From a virus (taxonomy: Duplodnaviria; Caudoviricetes), in IMG/VR virus record IMGVR_UViG_3300037156_000027, positions 1 through 57,960 of that record: a stretch of 57,960 bases of DNA; one strand, given 5' to 3'. This document shows, piece after piece, positions 45,462 through 54,500 of the stretch (positions are counted from its first letter, which is position 1; every line of letters begins with the position of its first letter). The notes beneath the pieces are model-generated. The model searched no databases. It saw nothing but the letters and a program-made list of their open reading frames with translations, and was not told where the DNA came from. The translations under genes were made by a program, and so were the position numbers.

Positions 45462-47042
45462 ATGCCAGAAGCCCTAAAACTTTTCCCCCTGCGCGGAAAT
45501 CCGGGAATAAAAAAAGACGGGACTGATACGGAGGGCGGCTATTGGTCGGACGGGAACTGGGTTCGTTTCTATCGCGGACTTCCTCGCTCTATGCTCGGCT
45601 ATCGTTCACTATCTGAGTCCTTTCCAGGCCCATCGCGTGGTCTGCTGGTCAATCCTATCGGCAACGGATATATCAATATATTTTCTGGTTCGGCGTCGAC
45701 ACTAACCGTCGGGCAATCCAATATAGGCGGTGTCGGCGCATTCCCAACGGATATTACGCCCTCAGGATTTGCGCCGAGTGCCAACAATGTCTGGCAGCTT
45801 GACAGCCTATTTAACGGAAGTGGCGGCGGATATGTCTCGATCTGCGCCCATGCGGCTCCAAATCTTGCGGACATAAGCAGTTCGGTTGCTGAGCCTATTT
45901 ATACCGGAAACATAAATGCCGCTGTTGCGCTTACCGCCTCCGTGAATGATGCGATGTCTCCTGCTGTGGTCAAGGTTTCCGGCGGCGTTATGGCGATGTC
46001 GCCATTTCTCGTTGCGTATGGAAGCGACGGACTTTTCATGTGGTCAAACTTGAATGATCCAACTGTGTTCCCTATAGCAAATGCTGCGAATGTTTGCGCG
46101 ACCAAGATTGTAAAAGGTCTTGTGATACGCGGGGGCAGCACCAATCCATCGGCGTTGCTGTGGTCGCTGGACAGCCTTATTCAGGTGTCGTTCGTTGGCA
46201 GCACGGCAATATGGAATTTTAATACGCTGTCCGATCAAAGCTCGATTCTTTCGTCGTCGGGCGTCGTGGAAATGGATGGTATTTATTATTGGGTTGGTAT
46301 TGATAGGTTTCTGACGTTCAATGGCGTTTTGAAGGAATTGCCGAATACGATGAATCTTGACTTCTTTTTTACCAATCTGAATTTCGCACAACGGCAGAAG
46401 GTTTTTGGATTCAAGGTTCCGCGATGGGGAGAAATATGGTTCTGTTTCCCGACGGGGACAAATACCGAATGCAATCATGCCGTGATTTATAATGTTCGTG
46501 AAGGATGCTGGTACGATACGCCGCTGCCCCTCGACGGTCGGTCCGCCGCAGCTTTCGCCCAGACATTCCCGTTCCCGATTATGGGATCGGCTTATGGAGT
46601 AACGCCGATAGGAAAGAGTTCGGGGACGGTTTATCCGCTGTATCAGCATGAATATGGATACGATAAAGTCAGGGGGCTTGATGATGACGCGATTGACTGC
46701 TGGATTTTGAGTTCGAGCTTGGCATTGGTGGGCGGCGGTTTAAGCTTGTGGAATAGTCCCGCTGCTGCGCCTGATGATTTATGGACTGAGCTTGCGTATT
46801 TGGAGCCGGATTTCAAGTTCAACAACAATCTCACCTTTACCGTTTATGGTCGTGAATACCCACAGGATGATGATGCCGTTTTAACAACGACGACCATCAC
46901 TAAGCAACCGATGAACAATAAATTTGATCTTCAGGTTCAGGCTCGTTATCTGAGATGGAAGATTTCTTCAAATGAAATGAATGGATATTTTATAATGGGT
47001 CAGCCGTTAATCAGCTATCGCCCCGGAGATAAATCACGATGA
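45462..47042 (+). CDS. Tail tubular B / DNA stabilisation (P22 gp10-like) protein
   Basis: PGIKKDGT...WSDGNWVRF, beta-propeller-like composition, EIWFCFP, LEPDF. Confidence 0.75.
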   Translation: MPEALKLFPLRGNPGIKKDGTDTEGGYWSDGNWVRFYRGLPRSMLGYRSLSESFPGPSRGLLVNPIGNGYINIFSGSASTLTVGQSNIGGVGAFPTDITPSGFAPSANNVWQLDSLFNGSGGGYVSICAHAAPNLADISSSVAEPIYTGNINAAVALTASVNDAMSPAVVKVSGGVMAMSPFLVAYGSDGLFMWSNLNDPTVFPIANAANVCATKIVKGLVIRGGSTNPSALLWSLDSLIQVSFVGSTAIWNFNTLSDQSSILSSSGVVEMDGIYYWVGIDRFLTFNGVLKELPNTMNLDFFFTNLNFAQRQKVFGFKVPRWGEIWFCFPTGTNTECNHAVIYNVREGCWYDTPLPLDGRSAAAFAQTFPFPIMGSAYGVTPIGKSSGTVYPLYQHEYGYDKVRGLDDDAIDCWILSSSLALVGGGLSLWNSPAAAPDDLWTELAYLEPDFKFNNNLTFTVYGREYPQDDDAVLTTTTITKQPMNNKFDLQVQARYLRWKISSNEMNGYFIMGQPLISYRPGDKSR

Positions 47043-47278
47043 TCGTCACCCCCACGCGCGACACGACATTCGAAGAATGGGCGGCGTCTCTGCGATTGTT
47101 GCGACCAGATATTGAAATCCAGCCCATGAATCCGTCTGAGAACGGATGGAAGGAATGGGGAAACCAAGTCGCACAGAGTCAATCCTGTCAAAAGTATTCC
47201 GTCCCGCGCACGGACGGGTTCGAGACATGGCAAAAATGGGTATTTGCGTTTATTCAGGCGTTTGGCACGAATGCTTGA
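47039..47278 (+). CDS. Trp-rich hypothetical protein
   Basis: Coupled ORF. Confidence 0.7.
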   Translation: MIVTPTRDTTFEEWAASLRLLRPDIEIQPMNPSENGWKEWGNQVAQSQSCQKYSVPRTDGFETWQKWVFAFIQAFGTNA

Positions 47279-47303
47279 CTTTCCGCGATAATTTATCTAC
47301 ACT
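47275..47303 (+). promoter_or_regulatory. Promoter upstream of acyltransferase/ejection-protein genes
   Basis: TTGACT-17-TACACT. Confidence 0.6.
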
Positions 47304-47374
47304 TCTCCAATCCCAAGCTTTGCAGGACTTTGCGTGCGAATAACGGGCGTTTTAACGGAACGCACGGTTTATTC

Positions 47375-47806
47375 ATGTCCTCGTACAGTTGGCGCATCGC
47401 CACCCAAGAAGATTTCCATAAAGTATATTCGTTAATCGTCAATTCCCCCGACGCGCCGCATTGGAACCTTGAACAGGTTCGTCGCCGCGTCAACATTCCG
47501 CTATTCCTTGAACAACTCATAATCTTTGAAAAGTCCAATAAAGCATGTGGTTTTTTAACCTACGCGCTAATGGACGGTCAATCCGCATGTCATCAATCGA
47601 CTGTCGGAACGCTTCCGGCTGACTGGCGTTCGGGGGATCAGTTGTGGGTGGTGGATTTTCTCGCGCATGGTGGTGACGGCGCGAAGATGTTCTCGAAACT
47701 CAAAGAAGATTTGCGCGATGCGCTGCAAGGGCCGGTGCGGTTCTTTCGGTTGAAGCACAAGCGTGTCAGACGGGCGTCAGTCATTAATGTGGAGCAAAAA
47801 TCATGA
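47375..47806 (+). CDS. HlyC/RtxC-like toxin-activating lysine acyltransferase
   Basis: GFLTYALM...ADWRSGDQLWVVDFLAHGG matches the HlyC pattern DW.SG.R.W..D..AP.G; start 47375 or 47330. Confidence 0.8.
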   Translation: MSSYSWRIATQEDFHKVYSLIVNSPDAPHWNLEQVRRRVNIPLFLEQLIIFEKSNKACGFLTYALMDGQSACHQSTVGTLPADWRSGDQLWVVDFLAHGGDGAKMFSKLKEDLRDALQGPVRFFRLKHKRVRRASVINVEQKS

Positions 47807-49149
47807 GCGGTGGTGGTCTTGGCGGTGTGCTGGGCGCGACTCTTGGAACGGTTGCTGGGGCAGCTCTCGCACCTGAAACGGGCGGTTTATCTCTTGCGAT
47901 TCCTATGGCTATGGGGGCAGCAGGAGGCGCATTTGGCGGCGGCGTTGGCTCTGCCGTAACGGGGCAAGGAAATCCTTGGTCGTCGGCTCTCAGCGGCGGC
48001 ATAGGCGGAGCGGCAAGCGGTTTGATGAGCGGCGCACTCTCTGGATTGATGGGCGGCGCAGACAGCGCGACATCAGCCGTTGGCGCAGATATGTCTGCGG
48101 GTGCAGGAGTTGATGCTTCTGGGGCTGGCGTACAGGCGGCGACGGGCGTAGATGCAGCGTCGGGCGCATTCCCATCGGGCGGCATGTCATATGCGCCGGG
48201 TTCGTTTCCATCGGGCGGTATGTCCACGCCCGCTGACTTTAGCGGGGCCTCAGGCTTCGGCGGGGCAGTTGCGCCTTCTGCCGATGCTGCCGCGCCATCA
48301 AGCGGCGGCGGTAGTTTAGGTGGCAATCCTTCCGCAACACCAACCCCTTATATGAATGCCAACGGTGCGCCGCTACCTCCTGCCGCAGCCAAGGATTCTG
48401 GTGGACTGAGTTCATATCTCCTACCCGCTGGCCTCGCGCTTGGTGCGGCTGGCGCGTTCATGCCGTCTGGCAGCAATCCGGTCAACACGTCGGCGGCAAC
48501 GGCGGCGCAGAACAACTTTAATCAGCCATTGCCTCAGTACAAATACACCAGCACCCAAGCGCCTCCCAGTGGCAGTTGGTACACTTATGGGCAGCGCCCA
48601 CAAGCCCCGATGATTACCAATACCGTTACACCCTTGAAGCACGGCGGCCTCGCAGGTTATGCGCGTGGCGGCATGGTTCCTGCCCTGCAAATCCCGATGT
48701 CGAAAATGCCTGTTCGCAAATTGGCGGATGGTGGATTGCCAATGAACGCCCCCATGCAGGCTCCCGCGCAGCCAGCGATGCTGCCTCGTCCGGCAGGGAT
48801 GCCTCAACCGCAAATGAAACCGAATCCAGCGCAACAGGCGGCGCAGTTCGCCATCGGTCAGAAGATCGGCGCAGCTGTACGTAAGCACATTCAAGGGAAA
48901 ACGCCCGATGGCATGGTTGCTGGCGGCGGCAAAGGGCAGGATGACGCGATTCCGGCGAAGTTGTCGCAAAACGAATACGTGGTTCCAGCGGATGTCACGT
49001 CGATGCTCGGCGACGGATCATCCAACGCTGGAGGCAAGGCTCTCGATCAAATGGTTCATGCCGTTCGCGCTCATAAAACGAGCAAAGGAGCGGGGTTTCC
49101 GCCAAAGGCTAAGGCTCCGACGGCATACATCAAAGGCAAAAAACCATGA
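47803..49149 (+). CDS. Internal virion/ejection protein 1
   Basis: Gly-zipper N-terminus; YARGG, LADGG; GKGQDDAIPAKLSQNEYVVPADV. Confidence 0.7.
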   Translation: MSGGGLGGVLGATLGTVAGAALAPETGGLSLAIPMAMGAAGGAFGGGVGSAVTGQGNPWSSALSGGIGGAASGLMSGALSGLMGGADSATSAVGADMSAGAGVDASGAGVQAATGVDAASGAFPSGGMSYAPGSFPSGGMSTPADFSGASGFGGAVAPSADAAAPSSGGGSLGGNPSATPTPYMNANGAPLPPAAAKDSGGLSSYLLPAGLALGAAGAFMPSGSNPVNTSAATAAQNNFNQPLPQYKYTSTQAPPSGSWYTYGQRPQAPMITNTVTPLKHGGLAGYARGGMVPALQIPMSKMPVRKLADGGLPMNAPMQAPAQPAMLPRPAGMPQPQMKPNPAQQAAQFAIGQKIGAAVRKHIQGKTPDGMVAGGGKGQDDAIPAKLSQNEYVVPADVTSMLGDGSSNAGGKALDQMVHAVRAHKTSKGAGFPPKAKAPTAYIKGKKP

Positions 49150-51560
49150 GCGGCGGCGGCGGAAATAGCGGCGGCGGCGGTTCGTCAGCTCCATCGAACA
49201 CGACTGCCAACAACACCGAAACCGTAATCAATCAGGTTCCACAGTACGAAGAGTCGTACATGAGCAACCTGCTCGGTCAAGCCGCGACCGAGGCTGCACA
49301 GCCATATCAGCAATTCCCCGGCCCGCAAGTGGCTGGATTTGATCCTCAGCAAACTCAGGCATTCCAGAATATTAGCAATCTGATTGGTAGCGGCGCGGCG
49401 GGTGCTGCCGGAACTGCTGCGACCGGACTTGCTACGGATGCTGGAAACACAGCAAGCGGTATTTCTGGTGCTGGCTCACCGTGGCTGACTGCAGCTGGGG
49501 CATACAACCCTGCTGCGGCGGCAGCACCTTATTCGATGGCATCAGCGGCAACAAATACGCCCCAAGGCATATCTGCGTTTATGTCGCCCTATTTGCAGAA
49601 TAATATTGCTGGACTTGAATCGGCGGCACATCAGAACTGGGATCAGTTTACTGCGCCCGGCGTGAATAATTCGTTCATAAGCGCAGGTCAGTCTGGATCA
49701 GGTCGAAATGAACAAGTTTTGGGGCAACAGGCAAATCTAGCGAATCAGTCGTTGACCGGACAGATTGCCGCTGCCGAGAACCAAGCATACACAACGGCTG
49801 GGAATCAGGCTGCATCTGCGGCATCGAACCTTAGTGGTCTTGGAAGTCTCGCCGGAACGGCGGCTGCATCCGAGGCGTCTAATCTGCAAAACATCGGGAC
49901 TGGACTTGGAAACCTCGCATTGACACAGGCGGGAGCGCAAGGCACGGCAGGGGCGAACCTAGCGAACGTTGCCAACACGGTTCAGAACACGGGCATCACT
50001 GGCGACGCGGCATTGCAGGCGTCTGGGCAAACACAGCAGAACCTCGCGCAGACGAACCTCAACGCGGCGATGACGAATTTCCAGAACCAGAACTTGTGGC
50101 CTGAGCAGCAGGCTGGGTTCATGAGCAATATTATTCATGGGTTGCCGTCTGCGGGGACATCCGCGACGACTTCGGCGCAAAGTCCTGCCACGACCAATCA
50201 GATCGGCAGCTTATCGCCATTGAGTTCATTGGCTGGTAGTTTTATCGGTGCCGGGGCGGCGCTCGGGCATAAACAGGGTGGGTTGATTAAAGGTTATGCG
50301 GATGGAGGGCAGGTTAATCCCGACGTTGATCCCGATAGCTTTGCCGCCAAGCACCCACAATACACCCCGACATATACGGGTCCGTCACCTATTACTGCGG
50401 CTGTGAATTATATGATGTCGCCCCATAATAGCAATCCCGCGCCCGGTGCAGCAGAAACACGGGCCTTTTTGTCATCTCTGTTCGGAGGAAATTCCGATCC
50501 ACAAGCACCCCCGATGCCATCCGGTGCTTCTGGCACATGGGATGCCCAACCCATTGACACCAGCAACGGCATTCCAATCAGCAGTAATGCGCCAATAAGC
50601 GATGCCATTAATCCGCCAAGCACAGCACAAATCGAAGCGGCAGCACAATCGGCAATGCCTCGGGGGTCTGGTGTCCCCGCCTCTGCCCTTAATCCTCCAT
50701 CGCCTTTGCCGCAAGCACCCGCCCCACCACAATCCAGCATAACTGGCTTGATGGGGCATAGCGATGCAATGCCGGCGCAGCAAACGCAAAGCTCCGGCGC
50801 ACCCTCTGACGGCAGCACAGACTATGAGCGCAACCTGAGCGCATCCATAATGACTCCCGCTCAATCGCGCAATTATCAGCTTCTGATGATGGCGAAGGGA
50901 TTCCTGACGCCAGCGCATTCCGGCGCGGAGGCTCTTGGTAACGCCATTGGGAATTATGGGCAGTCGGGAATGGAAGCGCATAAACTCCAAGTTCAGCAAC
51001 AAGAAGCCCTTGCTCGATTGGCGGACACAAAGGCGTATCGACAGGGTATGCTGCAAAACAAAGCGACACAGGTAGCTAATCAAGGGCAACATTGGAACGC
51101 CCAAACGCAAAGATGGGAAGATCAGAGCGGCACGGACACGGCTAAGGTTGGGATTTTACAGCAGAATGCAAATACCAACGCAGGTCGGCTTGCTGTGGCG
51201 CAACAGAACGCGAACACGGGCGCGGCGCGGGAACAGGCATACGCGAATATGACGGCTAGTTTTGGTGGCACGAAAATGTCGTTGGCGAGTATTGCCCAGA
51301 TACGCGATGAATCCACCGATCCGGCGCAAAAAGCGGCGGCGGATGCGGCTATCAATTCGGCATTGCAGCAATCTGTACATCCGGCGGCTACCGTTAATCA
51401 GGCGGGGCAAACGAGAGCGGCACCGTCTGTTGCCCCGGTTGCCCCGAAAATCCCATCATCTCTTGCTGGTATGAAGGGCGTTCAATATAGTCCGACACGG
51501 CAACAATACCGTGATGCTGATGGAAACAATTACGATGCAAGCGGAAACCCCGTTAAGTAG
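49146..51560 (+). CDS. Internal virion/ejection protein 2
   Basis: PYQQFPGPQVAGF, FMSPYLQN, Gln/Ala/Gly-rich DNA-transfer-protein composition. Confidence 0.7.
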   Translation: MSGGGGNSGGGGSSAPSNTTANNTETVINQVPQYEESYMSNLLGQAATEAAQPYQQFPGPQVAGFDPQQTQAFQNISNLIGSGAAGAAGTAATGLATDAGNTASGISGAGSPWLTAAGAYNPAAAAAPYSMASAATNTPQGISAFMSPYLQNNIAGLESAAHQNWDQFTAPGVNNSFISAGQSGSGRNEQVLGQQANLANQSLTGQIAAAENQAYTTAGNQAASAASNLSGLGSLAGTAAASEASNLQNIGTGLGNLALTQAGAQGTAGANLANVANTVQNTGITGDAALQASGQTQQNLAQTNLNAAMTNFQNQNLWPEQQAGFMSNIIHGLPSAGTSATTSAQSPATTNQIGSLSPLSSLAGSFIGAGAALGHKQGGLIKGYADGGQVNPDVDPDSFAAKHPQYTPTYTGPSPITAAVNYMMSPHNSNPAPGAAETRAFLSSLFGGNSDPQAPPMPSGASGTWDAQPIDTSNGIPISSNAPISDAINPPSTAQIEAAAQSAMPRGSGVPASALNPPSPLPQAPAPPQSSITGLMGHSDAMPAQQTQSSGAPSDGSTDYERNLSASIMTPAQSRNYQLLMMAKGFLTPAHSGAEALGNAIGNYGQSGMEAHKLQVQQQEALARLADTKAYRQGMLQNKATQVANQGQHWNAQTQRWEDQSGTDTAKVGILQQNANTNAGRLAVAQQNANTGAAREQAYANMTASFGGTKMSLASIAQIRDESTDPAQKAAADAAINSALQQSVHPAATVNQAGQTRAAPSVAPVAPKIPSSLAGMKGVQYSPTRQQYRDADGNNYDASGNPVK

Positions 51561-51565
51561 GCGAT

Positions 51566-54500
51566 ATGGCGCAAGCAGAACAAGATGATTGGCAGCCAGT
51601 GTCATCATCGGCTCCGGTCGATGATTGGACGCCTGTTAGTGCTGCGCCTAAGGGCGAGGTCGATGATTGGACACCTGTTGGCGGTAATGCAGAAAAGACT
51701 TCTGTTGCCACACCCAAAGAAAAAGAACCCTCTGTCGCAGCCGATGTCGGAAAAGGCCTAATAACTGGCGGCATTAAGGGTGGCGCGAATCTTGCTGCAT
51801 CTGCCGCTGCGAATACAAACCCGATTACTGGCATCCCATTTGATGTTGCGATGGGAACAAAATATTTAGTTCCTGCCGTGGAAACGGGCGCGAAGTATCT
51901 GGCAAAAGACGTAATGGGAGACAAGGAATATAACGATTATGCTGCCAAATTTGTCCAAGAACATCCTGAGTTAGCGAAATATGATCCCGCGACATTGGCT
52001 GAGAAAATACCCTCTCCCGCAGATTTGGTGTCGAAGTTGGCAACCGCAGCCGGACACCCACTTCCAGAGCCGGAGACGGCGGCTGGTCGTATTGCCGAGG
52101 GAGTCCCTGAATTCGCGGGACTTGGTGGGTTGGGTGCATTAAAGGCAGCTATTCCCGCCGTGGGTTTTGTCACTGCTCCTGAAGTTGTTAAAGCCCTTGG
52201 TGGGAACGAGCAGGCGCAATTCTGGGGCGGTATCGCTGGCGCTGGTGCTGGCATGAAGGCTATGCCGCATGAAGCACCCAAGGTTGCCGAGGTTAAGCCC
52301 CCGACTGATGTGCCTCCCCCGCCATCTCCAACAGAACCAGAGCCCCCTTCTGCGGCCCCCACGGGCGCATCCGAGCGTTTTTCCCCAACCGATATGTCGG
52401 TCGTGCCTGACGCGCAAGGCTTCAACATCCACGACAGCCAAGGACTGCCTGTTGCCAGCGGGTTTGACAGTGCGGACGAGGCGCGACAACACATCGAAGA
52501 TATGGCCGCTGAGAAGAACCTGATTGAGCCGAATATCCCGCCGCTAGTTCCTCCGGTATTGCCAGAGGAAACGCCAGCCCCCATTGAATCGCCGCCTCCT
52601 GTTGAGCCGCCAGCAGCAGAGCCTGAGCCGCCTCCCGTTACCCCACCTGAACCTCCGCCTGTTGCGCCGGAGGACATTCAGAAACACGCGGCGCACATGC
52701 AAAGCACGATTGCTGACATCCTGAAAAGTAATGGCTTGCCGGATGTGTCAAAGGAAGCTGCGGCGGAACAGTCGAGAAACATCCAAACGGCGATGCAGAA
52801 TGCGCCTGAGCGGACGCCGAATGTGCCGTTTCCAGCGAGTTACGATGAGCCGGAACTGACGGCAAAGCAGATCAAAAACCTGCCAACGCAGGCAGGGATT
52901 AACAAAAGTCAGGCCGCCAAGACCAAAAACATACCGCCGCCGAACAATATCTTTGAGAGCATCGCCCAAGCTGGCGGACTGAAGGATGAGGGGAATTGGC
53001 TTAAAAACGCCGATATGCGGAATATCAGAACCCCCAATTATGGGCGGCTCTATAATCCAAAGGGCATGTCTTACGATGACGCATTGCAACATGCGATGGA
53101 TAAGGGCTGGATTAACCCAGAAACAGACAATAATAACCCATCGCAATCAGTCCACCAGAACCTGTTTGATGCCCTTGAACGGGAGAACGACAAGCCTACT
53201 CGAAAGCGCGGCATTACCGATGAAGATGCTTATGCACAGCGTTATGGCACAGAACCGGATGAGACGCCATTAGCGCATGAGACGGAAACTGCGGCAAAAG
53301 ATTTCTCGCCAGACAATGAGCTTGAACGGGAATTGATGCAGGCGCATTATCCAGATGAGGATGACCTACCGCCTTATGACAGGGAGCATGAAAATGACCA
53401 AGGAGCGCCTAGCGAGGTTGCGCCGAAGGCTGGTGAAGCTGTTCAAGATCAAGGACGACCTGCGCTTGCCGGAGAGCCTGCGCGTGAGGGGACAAAAGTA
53501 TTACCTAGCAGTGAAAGCGGAACTGGACGCGCACAAGCAGAGGAATTCACCAACGAAGGCAACCAAGCCGTAATCCCGGGCGCGGAACGTATCACTGACC
53601 GCCAACTGCAAGAACGCCAGATGGAGGGCGGCTCGAAAGCTAAGGTTGCTCAGAAGCCAGCCGATGAGGGATTGTTCGATGTGGCTGGGCGTGGACAGGG
53701 GGATTTGCTTGCTCAGGAAGAGCTGGGAGAACACGGCGAACCGGGTAAATTCCAATCTGATCGTGCGATGTTCGACCGATTCACGCAAGGCAAGGCTGGC
53801 GAGGATATGCATAACGCTATCCGCGATTATCTGATTGGGCGCGGAAAAGAAACCGGCAATGAGCATTTGGTAATTTACGATTCTCGCACAAAGAGTGTGA
53901 TGGAATCCGGCACAAGTGGGCAAAACAATAAGGTTTCATTTTCACCAGAAGTTAAAAAACTAATTAACGATCCCAATAACGATTTGGCGATTCACCACAA
54001 TCACCCGGCTGACAGGGCGTTAAGCAATAAGGATTTGCAGTCCCTTGCTGGAAGAGGGGTCGGTTCTATTGTGGCGCACACACATGATGGGAATTTTTCT
54101 TCTGCAACACTTTCTGGTAAGGCGAGAGAATTTTTCCATAGCATCCCTCAAGTGTGGGCGCTTTCCCACCTTAGAACAATAGGGGATAGCACGTTTTCTG
54201 CTGTCCATGAATTCCTAGAAAGAGGGATTAATCGCGGTATTTTATCAAAGGAAGATGCTGTTGGTGCCGAAAGAGACATTGCAAATCGCAGCCTAGATCG
54301 CGCAGGAATTATTCAATACTCCACGTCACACAATATGGAAGGCAATAAGGACTTTCATGAATTTGTTGAGAATGCTATAAAACAAGGGGCTAAATCTGCA
54401 CAGAATGCCGCTGATGCTGCTGGTCTGAAATTAGGGAGAATGAAAAATGGCGAATCTGGACAAAGAGGTGTGGGGACTGATCGACTTGCCCGATCCCCCG

